From positions 32,001 to 96,000 of the forward strand of contig JBCNUU010000001.1 of NCBI GenBank assembly GCA_039630545.1: DNA of 64,000 nt, given 5' to 3'. A program made the translations under genes and the position numbers. The notes beneath the pieces were generated by a model. That model searched no databases. It saw only the letters and a program-made list of their open reading frames with translations, and had not been told where the DNA came from. Source of the DNA: Endomicrobiia bacterium (lineage in GTDB: Bacteria > Elusimicrobiota > Endomicrobiia > DTEH01). This document shows, piece after piece, positions 1-8,648 of the stretch (within the stretch, counting starts at the first letter, position 1; each line of letters begins with the position of its first letter).

Positions 1-191
1 CTTTTCCTGTAGAATTTGATAAATTAAATTTGTATAAATCTAACATTGATATGGCAGAAGATTTTTTGTTTTTAAATTGTAATTTCGTGAAAAAAATAAG
101 ATCAGCTCTTCTCTGGTTTTTGGTCTTAGTGTGTTCCTTTGTTTTTGTCTCATCTAAGAAGCAGAAAAAAATTCTTAAGGAGGTAAAGTCA

Positions 192-701
192 ATGAAAATA
201 GCTATGATTATTGCTAAGGAGAACTTCCGGGATGAGGAATATTTGCAACCTAAAGATATCTTTCTAAAAGCTGGTTTTTTAGTTGAAACTTTTAGTACTT
301 CAACAGGTACAGCTAAAGGTATGTTAGGTGCCAAAGCAGAGGTAGATAAAAACATAAAAGATCTTAAAGTAGAAGACTATGACGCTATAGTGTTTGTAGG
401 AGGTAGTGGTTCTTCGTGCTACTGGGATGATCCTTTAGCGCATAAGATAGCAAAAGAAGCCGTTTCTAAAGATAAAGTTTTGGCTGCTATATGTATAGCA
501 CCTGTGACTTTAGCTAGGGCTGGAGTTTTGCAGGGCAAAAAGTCTACTGTTTATCCTTCAGAGGCTACACAGCTTAAACAGTTAAAAGCAAACTATACAG
601 GCAAAGATGTAGAAGTAGATGGAAAAATAGTTACTGCTTCTGGCCCTCATGCGGCAAAGCAGTTTGCTGAAAAAATAAAAGAGATGCTGCTTAAAAAATA
701 A
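192..701 (+). CDS. DJ-1/PfpI family protein
   Basis: FRDEE, YDAIVFVGG and AAICIAP (nucleophile Cys) motifs. Strong SD aaggaggt at 177-184 precedes ATG 192. An in-frame GTG at 87 would add a signal-like peptide. Confidence 0.9.
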   Translation: MKIAMIIAKENFRDEEYLQPKDIFLKAGFLVETFSTSTGTAKGMLGAKAEVDKNIKDLKVEDYDAIVFVGGSGSSCYWDDPLAHKIAKEAVSKDKVLAAICIAPVTLARAGVLQGKKSTVYPSEATQLKQLKANYTGKDVEVDGKIVTASGPHAAKQFAEKIKEMLLKK

Positions 702-702
702 T

Positions 703-1698
703 ATGGAATGGGTACTGAGTATCACCATTATTTTTCTTTGTTATTTGTTCTGTTTTACAAATGGTTTTAATGATGCTGCAAATATTATAGCACTTCCAGT
801 AGTTACAAGAGTAATATCACCTTTTTTGGGATTGTTTTTAGCTTGTATTTTTGAATTCATAGGATGCTATTTTTTAGGTGAATTAGTTTTAAAAACAATT
901 CTAAAAGATATCATAGATTTTAGTTTTTTACAGAGTAATTTATATAAATTTTTATTTTCAATTTTATTTGTCGCTAGCAGCTGGGGTATAGTGTGTACTA
1001 TTTTAGGATTTCCTATATCATCCTCTCATACTCTCATAGGAGCTCTCTTGGGTGGAGCTATTGGAGCAAAAGGTTTTTATGTGATAAAATGGATTAATAT
1101 TTTAAAAATTGTTTTATTTTTAATTTTAGCCCCAATTTTAAGTTTATTTTTTTGTTACTTATTAACAAAAATTGTTTATTTTATTTTTTTAAACTCTGAT
1201 AAAAAAGTAAGCAAATTTTTTGAAGTATTACAAATTTTTTCTCTTTGTTTTTTTGCTTTGGCACATGGTTCAAATAATGGTAAAAAAATAGTTGGTTTAT
1301 TTTATTTTTGTTTGTTAGTTTTGGGATTTTATAAAGCAGAAGAAGTTTTGCCTCAATGGGTTTTGTTAAGTTGTGCTATTGTGATAAGTTGTGGTGTTTT
1401 TTTAGGAGGCAAAAATGTGATAAAAACTGTAGGAATGAAAATATATAAACTAAAACAATGGCAAGCGGCTATTTCGCAGTTTGGTTCGTCTTTGCTTTTG
1501 TATTTAGGTAGTTGTCTTGGTATCCCTCTTTCATCTACTCATCTGATAGTGGGTTCAGTTATAGGTTCTGGATTGTCATATAAAACAAAGTGTGTGAGAT
1601 GGAATTTTGGTTTAGGAATTTTTCTTGTGTGGATTTTAACTTTACCGTTGAGTGTTATTTTGTCTTATTTTGTATTTAATATAGTTAAATTTTTATGA
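703..1698 (+). CDS. Inorganic phosphate transporter, PiT family
   Basis: GFNDAAN, PISSSH, HGSNN and PLSSTH signature segments; polytopic hydrophobic protein. Confidence 0.9.
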   Translation: MEWVLSITIIFLCYLFCFTNGFNDAANIIALPVVTRVISPFLGLFLACIFEFIGCYFLGELVLKTILKDIIDFSFLQSNLYKFLFSILFVASSWGIVCTILGFPISSSHTLIGALLGGAIGAKGFYVIKWINILKIVLFLILAPILSLFFCYLLTKIVYFIFLNSDKKVSKFFEVLQIFSLCFFALAHGSNNGKKIVGLFYFCLLVLGFYKAEEVLPQWVLLSCAIVISCGVFLGGKNVIKTVGMKIYKLKQWQAAISQFGSSLLLYLGSCLGIPLSSTHLIVGSVIGSGLSYKTKCVRWNFGLGIFLVWILTLPLSVILSYFVFNIVKFL

Positions 1699-2408
1699 AA
1701 AAGATATTATTTTTTATTTTTACAGCCACTCAATTATTACAAGCTATAGAAATTATCTCTTATGGAGTTGACGGGAAAAACTATAATACAGATGTAGTAA
1801 TTCATCAAAGAAATCCAGTGGTATTTTTTGAGTATATAGAAGGTTATGTTGTGAAAAATTTTGAGATAAAACTTTCTAGCTTTTCTTCAGGGCTAATTAG
1901 TGGTAGTACTATCTGGTATGTCAATCAAACAACGACTTCTTTAAATACCTTAAACAATATTACTAGAATAGAAATTCCGTCTACACAAATAGGTTTAAAA
2001 GTAAGAACTACATACTATCTGATGATAACAGTTTATGACATTTCTTCAACCAGTGTAACTTTAACAGATACATTTTTTACTACTCTTTCGGCAGCAAAAC
2101 TTGAAGGAAATATCATTTTAGAGGTGGACTACAAAAATCCATTTTCACCAAAAATGGGTGAAACTACACAGATAAGATACAAGACAAATAAAGACACCCA
2201 GATAAAAATTTGTGTTTTTAGTATCTCAGGAAAGTTTATAAGAAGTTTAGTAGATAACATAGCTTTAAAAGATATGGTGTATACTGTTTCATGGGATGGA
2301 AAAGATGAAAATGGTGTGTATTTGCCTTCTGGGATATATATTGTCTCTCTTATAATTCCAGAAGAAACACCAGTAACAAAATTAATTGGTATAGTAGAAA
2401 AGAAATGA
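1695..2408 (+). CDS. Exported protein with C-terminal FlgD-Ig/T9SS-CTD-like domain
   Basis: Signal peptide; C-terminal NPFSP...IRY...G.FIRSL...WDGKDENG.YLPSGIY pattern. Confidence 0.75.
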   Translation: MKKILFFIFTATQLLQAIEIISYGVDGKNYNTDVVIHQRNPVVFFEYIEGYVVKNFEIKLSSFSSGLISGSTIWYVNQTTTSLNTLNNITRIEIPSTQIGLKVRTTYYLMITVYDISSTSVTLTDTFFTTLSAAKLEGNIILEVDYKNPFSPKMGETTQIRYKTNKDTQIKICVFSISGKFIRSLVDNIALKDMVYTVSWDGKDENGVYLPSGIYIVSLIIPEETPVTKLIGIVEKK

Positions 2409-4435
2409 TAAAACTATTCTTTTTTATTTTTCTGACAACAAATCTGGTTTTTTGTGTAGAAAATTTTGATTTTTTACTAATACCATTTGGTGTAAGAGCT
2501 ACTGGTGCAGGTGGTAACTTTGTGTCGTTATATGACACCTCTGAAGGACTTTTTTATAATCCAGCGGCTGCCGTGGCTTCAAACCATAGTGAAGTAACTT
2601 TAGCTCATCATATCTATTACACTGACACTTCTTTACAACAGCTTGCCTGTAATGCTGCGTTTGGATGGTTCGGTTTTGGAATCACTGCTGTGAGGTTGGC
2701 CACTTCAGATATTCCAATTATTGACAATTATTATCTTTACGAAGAGAGTTTTAATTTTAGTTCATTATTCAGTGGAGTTACTTTAGCATTTGCACCTATT
2801 AAAAATATATGTTTTGGTTTTACTTCCAAGTATGTAGAAGAAAGTATCTTCAAAGACAGAAATTCATCCATCGTATATGATACTGGTTTTGTTTTAAGGA
2901 CTAACAATGACTTATTCTCGGTAAGTGCTGCTTTACAAAATCTGTACTATAATGGTGAGAAATATACCTTTCCAACTTTTTACAATGTAGGTATAAGACT
3001 TTATTTTGATCTTCCTCATCAAGCTACAAAAATTAATTTTTTAGCAACAGCAAAGGTTGATTATGCAACTAATAACAAAATATACACTTTTGGTATAGAA
3101 CATTGGGGAGCTGATGTATTAGGAATAAGGGTAGGATATATATTTGATGAGAAAAAAAATAACCTTAACATATATGAACAAATTTCATTTTTTACAGCTG
3201 GTATAAGTTTAAAAATAGGAAATTTTGGAGTTGATTATTCTTATTTGCCCAACACAGCCTTAGGAAACACTCATAATATTGGTTTGAGTTTTAAATTTAA
3301 AACCAAAAAGGAGATAAAAATAATAGAACTTCCCTGTGAGTTAGAAGTTGAACCTTACTATTTCTCACCTAATAATGATGGCTACTTAGATAATATATTT
3401 TTCAGACACAATGTTACCACCACAACTAATGTAAGAGAAATTTTGTATAGTGTAAAAGATATAAATCAAAAAGAAGTTTTCGTTTTTACATCCACATATA
3501 TTCCTACGGTAGCTGATACTTTTTATACTTTTGATGGTAAAGATTTAAATAAGAATACTCTTCTTGATGGAGAATACTTTGTAGAATTTGCTATGAAACA
3601 ACAGAAAGAAGATAAAATTATAATTTATAGATCTCCTAAAGAAAAATTTGTTGTTGATACGATTTCACCGAGTATAAGTATTATTCTTTCTACTCCTACA
3701 ATCTCTCCTGATGGAGATAATGTGGATGACTCTGTGAAGTTTAATATTTCAATCCAGGATGAATTTTCACCTTTAGAGAATATAGAAGCCGGTATATTTA
3801 ACTTCAAAAATCAAAAAATTTATTCATACAAAATAACTGTTTCTTCGTATCAAAAGCAGGAGATAGAGCTGATATGGGACGGAAAAGATGAAATTTATGA
3901 AAAAGTTGTTCCTAATGGAGAATATAAAATTATTTTAATAGCAAAAGATAAAGCTGGAAACAAATCAACTAAAGAAGAAAAATTTAAAGTAAATGTATTA
4001 GCTAAACCGCCTCAAAAAATCATAGAAAAGCAACAAGAGATATTTTATATAAAAGGTGCAAAAGTAACAATAGAAGATAAAGGTATAGTAATCACCTATC
4101 CTACAGATGAATTGTTTGATAAGGAAACAAAAGAAATTTCTTCTAATATGTTTAGTTCATTAGATTCACTTGCTGAAATTATAAAAAATAAATATCCAGA
4201 CAGAAAAATCCTAATTGAGGCTCATACTGACTCTGTAGGAGATGAGTTAGCCAATAAAGCAAAATCTTCTGCTTTTGCCTGGAAGGTGTATTCTTACTTT
4301 GTAAAAAATTGTGCTTTGGATGGAAAACTATTAGAAGTAAAAGGGTGGGGTGAAGAAAAACCAATTGCATCAAATAAAACTAAACTTGGTAGAGCAAAAA
4401 ACAGAAGAGTAGAAATAATAATTACTCATCCATAA
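2405..4435 (+). CDS. PorV/PorQ-like beta-barrel fused to two FlgD-like Ig domains and an OmpA-like domain
   Basis: FLLIPFGVRATGAG...FYNPA start and DYSY...LGNTHNIGLSFKF barrel end; FSPNNDG and ISPDGD repeats with FDGKD/WDGKD; HTD...G.GEEKPIASN...NRRVEI at the C-terminus. Confidence 0.8.
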   Translation: MIKLFFFIFLTTNLVFCVENFDFLLIPFGVRATGAGGNFVSLYDTSEGLFYNPAAAVASNHSEVTLAHHIYYTDTSLQQLACNAAFGWFGFGITAVRLATSDIPIIDNYYLYEESFNFSSLFSGVTLAFAPIKNICFGFTSKYVEESIFKDRNSSIVYDTGFVLRTNNDLFSVSAALQNLYYNGEKYTFPTFYNVGIRLYFDLPHQATKINFLATAKVDYATNNKIYTFGIEHWGADVLGIRVGYIFDEKKNNLNIYEQISFFTAGISLKIGNFGVDYSYLPNTALGNTHNIGLSFKFKTKKEIKIIELPCELEVEPYYFSPNNDGYLDNIFFRHNVTTTTNVREILYSVKDINQKEVFVFTSTYIPTVADTFYTFDGKDLNKNTLLDGEYFVEFAMKQQKEDKIIIYRSPKEKFVVDTISPSISIILSTPTISPDGDNVDDSVKFNISIQDEFSPLENIEAGIFNFKNQKIYSYKITVSSYQKQEIELIWDGKDEIYEKVVPNGEYKIILIAKDKAGNKSTKEEKFKVNVLAKPPQKIIEKQQEIFYIKGAKVTIEDKGIVITYPTDELFDKETKEISSNMFSSLDSLAEIIKNKYPDRKILIEAHTDSVGDELANKAKSSAFAWKVYSYFVKNCALDGKLLEVKGWGEEKPIASNKTKLGRAKNRRVEIIITHP

Positions 4436-4449
4436 AAGGAGGAAAAACT

Positions 4450-5223
4450 ATGCCTGAAGAAGTCCGTCAACTACCAAAGGGTGCAAGTATTTTGGTTGTG
4501 ATTTTTATTTCTTTAGTTGTTTCATTTGCAGTGAGTTTTTTTTCTTATTTTTTTATTTTTCCTGGCATAGAAAAAAAATATCTCTATGTAAGAGTTCCCG
4601 ACATAAGAAAACTTCCTTTATCAGAAGCTACAAAGACCTTGCAATCTTTGGAGTTAAACTACAATATAGTAGAAGAACAAGAATCTGAGATTCAAGCCGG
4701 GTGTGTTATTTCTCAACAACCTCCTCCTAAAGCACTTGTTAAAAAAAATACAGAAATTTTGATTGTCCTATCTAAAGGAACCCAACTGATAAAAATACCT
4801 GATCTAAAAGGGAAAGACTTACAAGAAGCAAAAAGAATTTTGCAGGAAAATAATTTAGACATTTCTGAAATCAAAGAGGTTGAATCAGATGTAGTTGAAA
4901 AAGGTTTTGTAATTTCTCAAGAACCTCAAGCTGGAATTGATGTGAAGAAAGGTTTTAAAGTTACTTTATTGGTAAGTAAAGGAAAACCACTACCTAAACC
5001 ACCTCAGATACTCAAAAAAATAGAAGTGCCAGATATTACAGATAAGTCTTTAATAGAGGCAAAAAAAATTCTTGAATCTAAAGGTTTAAAACTAGGCAAT
5101 GTCAAAAAAGTTTGTGATGAGGATAAAGATTTTGATATAGTAATTTCTCAATCACCTAAAGCTGGAAGTTTGGTACCAGCAGGAAGCAGTGTTAATGTAG
5201 TATATAACACTGAAGAAGAGTAA
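4450..5223 (+). CDS. Membrane-anchored protein with three PASTA domains, no kinase domain
   Basis: One TM helix, then three (V/I)PD...EA...L...VISQ.P repeats; SD aaggagg upstream. Confidence 0.9.
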   Translation: MPEEVRQLPKGASILVVIFISLVVSFAVSFFSYFFIFPGIEKKYLYVRVPDIRKLPLSEATKTLQSLELNYNIVEEQESEIQAGCVISQQPPPKALVKKNTEILIVLSKGTQLIKIPDLKGKDLQEAKRILQENNLDISEIKEVESDVVEKGFVISQEPQAGIDVKKGFKVTLLVSKGKPLPKPPQILKKIEVPDITDKSLIEAKKILESKGLKLGNVKKVCDEDKDFDIVISQSPKAGSLVPAGSSVNVVYNTEEE

Positions 5224-5228
5224 TTTTT

Positions 5229-5302
5229 GTCCCTGTAGCTCAACTGGATAGAGCGTCGGGCTTCGAACCCGCAGGTTGCAGGTTCAACTCCTGCCAGGGA
5301 CA
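5229..5302 (+). tRNA. tRNA-Arg (anticodon UCG), CCA not encoded
   Basis: Cloverleaf: acceptor gtccctg/cagggac, D-arm gctc/gagc with A20, anticodon loop ct-TCG-aa (TCG at 5263-5265), T-arm gcagg-ttcaact-cctgc. Confidence 0.95.
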
Positions 5303-5334
5303 TGGATTTTAGTTTTAACAAATTAAATAAACAC

Positions 5335-5365
5335 TTGACAATTTATACTTAATTTTGTAGATAAT
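5335..5365 (+). promoter_or_regulatory. Possible sigma70 promoter for pal
   Basis: Exact TTGACA at 5335-5340. The -10 is weak (tagata at 17 nt spacing or gataat at 19 nt). Confidence 0.35.
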
Positions 5366-5412
5366 CTCATCTAAATTATTATTTTAGCTAATTAATTAGG
5401 AGGTATCTAAAA

Positions 5413-5931
5413 ATGTATAAAAAATATAGTCTTATTCTAATTTTGTTTTCTTGCATAATTTTTTTTGGTTGTCCTAAAAAGGTCACGACTCCTTCTCCAG
5501 AAGAAGTAACACCACCTCGACAGCAGGAAGTTGAAGTAGAACCACAAGAACCTTCCATTAGAGGTGATGAGTTTGTATCTATACCAGAATTAAAAAATGT
5601 TTATTTTGAATTTGATAAATATGATTTGACAGAAGAAGCTAAAGGTATACTCCAAAAGAATGCTGAGTATCTTATTTCTAATCCTCAATATGAAATCCTT
5701 GTAGAAGGTCACACTTGCGAATGTGGCTCTAACGATTACAATTTAGGTTTGGGTCAAAAGAGAGCCAATGCTGTAAGAGACTACTATATTAATCTAGGTA
5801 TTCAAGCTAATAGAATTGCAACCATTTCTTATGGAGAAGAAAAACCCATAAATCCTAATGCAGGTCCTCCTGATACATCTCTTTGTAAGCCAAATCGTAG
5901 AGCAGAAACTAAAGTCAGGCTCAAAAAATAA
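5413..5931 (+). CDS. pal: Peptidoglycan-associated lipoprotein Pal
   Basis: Lipobox FFGC; VYFEFDK, YNLGLGQKRANAV, ISYGEEKP and NRRAE; next to cpoB and tolB. Confidence 0.92.
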   Translation: MYKKYSLILILFSCIIFFGCPKKVTTPSPEEVTPPRQQEVEVEPQEPSIRGDEFVSIPELKNVYFEFDKYDLTEEAKGILQKNAEYLISNPQYEILVEGHTCECGSNDYNLGLGQKRANAVRDYYINLGIQANRIATISYGEEKPINPNAGPPDTSLCKPNRRAETKVRLKK

Positions 5932-5980
5932 GCTGAAGTAATAGTTTATATTTTTAGGATTTTCAACAAGCCTCTATGAT

Positions 5981-6679
5981 ATGAAAAAAATTGAAGAAGC
6001 ATATATTTTTTGCATTTGGTTAGTATTTTCAAGCGTAGCTTTTTATGGTTGTCTTGCTACTTCTGAGGAAGTGATATCTTTAAGAGAAGAAATAGCAGCG
6101 CTAAAAGCAGAAATGGTTTCTCTTAAAAGAAATCAAGCAGAACTTAACTCTCAAATGAAACAGCTTAACACTAATTTACAGATTTATACAGAAAAAATTG
6201 AAGAAAATAAATATAAAATGTCAATGCTTTCCCAAAGAATGGATGATATCCACTCCAGTTTATCTCAAAGAATGGATATTTTATCAAAACAGCTTCCCAA
6301 AGTAGATACAGCTATGATTCCTCTGCCTACCGAATTTTTCAACATGGCTTACAATGATTATTTAAGAGGTATGTATGATTTAGCCATAAGAGGTTTTAAG
6401 GATTATCTTTCCAGATATCCTGAAAGTGAACTGGCAAACAAAGCATATTTTTACTTAGCAGATTGTTATTATGTTAAAAGACAATATCAAGACTGCATAA
6501 AGATAATAGATGAATATCTTAAAAAATATCAGAAAGATGATTACTTAACCACTATGTTGTATAAAAAAGGAGTATGTCTGCAGCATTTAGGAAATAAAAA
6601 GCAAGCACAAGAGATTTTTGATTTGATCACATCTGAGTATCCTAACTCAAAAGAAGCACAGGAAATATTGGGCAAGTAA
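5981..6679 (+). CDS. cpoB: Tol-Pal protein CpoB/YbgF (coiled coil plus TPR), probable lipoprotein
   Basis: FYGC lipobox, coiled coil, TPRs ending YPNS.EA; follows pal. Confidence 0.85.
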   Translation: MKKIEEAYIFCIWLVFSSVAFYGCLATSEEVISLREEIAALKAEMVSLKRNQAELNSQMKQLNTNLQIYTEKIEENKYKMSMLSQRMDDIHSSLSQRMDILSKQLPKVDTAMIPLPTEFFNMAYNDYLRGMYDLAIRGFKDYLSRYPESELANKAYFYLADCYYVKRQYQDCIKIIDEYLKKYQKDDYLTTMLYKKGVCLQHLGNKKQAQEIFDLITSEYPNSKEAQEILGK

Positions 6680-6686
6680 TTTATGT

Positions 6687-7301
6687 ATGGACTCTCTACG
6701 GATAAGAGTATCTTTTTTATTATCTTGTTTGTTTCATTTTTTATTATTTTTTGGTGTGAAGTATATACCTAAAAAAAAACCTATAGTTATATCTTTCCCT
6801 GTAGAACTTATAACTTTGCCATCATTTGAAAAAGTAATAGATGAAAAATTACCTTCTGAAAAGCAAATAAAGAAAGAAGAGATAATAATTCCAAAAAAGA
6901 TAAAGAAACAAAAAAAAGAAATTAAAAAAACTGAAGAAATAAAAGATAAACAACAAACACAACAAATTTCTTCAACTTCCAAACCGTCCAGTTTACCCTC
7001 TTTATCTTTAGAGACAGCGAAGTTTCCTTTTACCTATTATGTAAATCAAATAAGAAAAAAAATTGTAGAAAACTGGATGTGGTCACACAATTATCCGGGA
7101 GAGTTAAAAACAGTGGTATATTTTAGAATATTAAAAAATGGCAACATTGAAGATCTAAAAATTAAAGAGTCTTCAGGCAACAGGTTTTATGATAATCTAT
7201 GCATCAGAGCTGTAGAGCTTGCTCAGCCTTTTCCACCTTTACCTGCTGGATTTAAAGAGGATTATCTTGGAGTATTTTTTGAATTTAAATATTATGAATA
7301 A
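6687..7301 (+). CDS. TolA/TonB family energy transducer
   Basis: TM with S..FH, K/E-rich linker, C-terminal Y...I...W...SSGN..YD....RAV...PFPPLP domain. Confidence 0.85.
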   Translation: MDSLRIRVSFLLSCLFHFLLFFGVKYIPKKKPIVISFPVELITLPSFEKVIDEKLPSEKQIKKEEIIIPKKIKKQKKEIKKTEEIKDKQQTQQISSTSKPSSLPSLSLETAKFPFTYYVNQIRKKIVENWMWSHNYPGELKTVVYFRILKNGNIEDLKIKESSGNRFYDNLCIRAVELAQPFPPLPAGFKEDYLGVFFEFKYYE

Positions 7302-8562
7302 ACTAAAAATTTTTTTTATTTTTGTAGTTTTAAATTTTGAGGTTTATGCTGGAATAGATATATATGTTCAAGCTATAAAATCAGGTAAAAGAATAGATAT
7401 AGGTATTTCTAAGTTTATTTCAAAGAATTTTGAAACGCTTAAGTTAGCTAAACAACTTCAGGATGTAGTAAAAAATGATTTGATGTTTACCAGATTATTC
7501 AATGTTGTTGAACCCGGATGGCAATACATACCAGATAAAGTTGTTTCGGAGAAGTGGTCTCAATATGGCATAGATGTGGTGGTTTGTGGAGAGCTTAAAG
7601 TCGAAGAGGGCAAATATGTTCTGGTTGGTGTTTTATATGATGTGGCATCTTTAGAAGAAATATATAAAGAAAGTTTTAAATCTACTGATTTAAGATATTT
7701 GGCACATTTGTTTTCAGATAACATTGTTAAAGTCTTTACAGGAGAGTATGGCATTGCAACTACCCAGATAGTATTTGTTAATGATATGAGTGGTTACAAA
7801 GAGATTTACAAAATGGATTACGATGGATATAATTTAGTTCAGATTACATATGATAGAAGTATTAATATTTATCCAAGAGTTTCTCCTGATGGAAAAAAAA
7901 TTACTTTTACCACTTATAAATATGGCAATCCTGATTTGTATATAATGAATATAGATGGCAGCAACAGACAACCACTCTCTACACATCAGGGACTAAATAT
8001 TACAGCTAACTGGTCTTTTTGTGGTGAAAAATTGGTTGTGACGATGACAAAAGCAAAACACTCTCCTAATTTATATATTTTAGATCTCAATACTAAAATT
8101 TTTAAAAGATTAACATTTGGTGATATAATAGATGTAGGTGGTTTCTTTTCGCCCAACAATAGAGAAATTGTTTTTATTTCCAACAGAAGTGGTAAACCTC
8201 AGATGTATATTACTTCTTTAGATGTGTCAACAATAAGACAACTTCCAACAGCAGGCTACAGTAGTTCTCCTGCTTGGTCTCCAAAAGGTGATAAAATAGT
8301 TTTTAGTATGGAAACATCCAAAGGTATGTTTGATATTTTTGTTTATGATATAATTAAATCTGAATACTACAGACTCACATATTCTGAAGGAAGCAACGAA
8401 AATCCATTTTTTTCTCCGGATGGAAGATTTATTGTTTTTGTGTCTAATAGATATGGTAGGTGGGAATTATTTACTATGTTTATAGATGGTTCTAATCAAA
8501 GAAGAATAAGAGAAATGAAAGGCAATTGTTTTTATCCCTGTTGGACTCCAAGAAAGCTTTAA
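7294..8562 (+). CDS. tolB: TolB beta-propeller protein
   Basis: Signal peptide from ATG 7294; TolB N-domain and PD40 repeats (SPDGKK, WSPKGD, FSPDGR). Confidence 0.92.
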   Translation: MNKLKIFFIFVVLNFEVYAGIDIYVQAIKSGKRIDIGISKFISKNFETLKLAKQLQDVVKNDLMFTRLFNVVEPGWQYIPDKVVSEKWSQYGIDVVVCGELKVEEGKYVLVGVLYDVASLEEIYKESFKSTDLRYLAHLFSDNIVKVFTGEYGIATTQIVFVNDMSGYKEIYKMDYDGYNLVQITYDRSINIYPRVSPDGKKITFTTYKYGNPDLYIMNIDGSNRQPLSTHQGLNITANWSFCGEKLVVTMTKAKHSPNLYILDLNTKIFKRLTFGDIIDVGGFFSPNNREIVFISNRSGKPQMYITSLDVSTIRQLPTAGYSSSPAWSPKGDKIVFSMETSKGMFDIFVYDIIKSEYYRLTYSEGSNENPFFSPDGRFIVFVSNRYGRWELFTMFIDGSNQRRIREMKGNCFYPCWTPRKL

Positions 8563-8582
8563 ATTTGGTTTTAATTTAATTA

Positions 8583-8611
8583 TTGAAAATTTTTGTAAAT
8601 TTAAGTATTTT
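8583..8611 (+). promoter_or_regulatory. Possible sigma70 promoter for degP
   Basis: TTGAAA-N17-TATTTT upstream of ATG 8649; weak evidence in AT-rich DNA. Confidence 0.3.
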
Positions 8612-8648
8612 ACTCTTAATAAACTTAGAAAGAAAGGAAATTCGTAAT

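Noticed and set aside
5229..5412. tRNA as an integration site for an island
   Set aside because: No integrase and no duplicated tRNA 3' end were seen; the flanking genes are core envelope genes.
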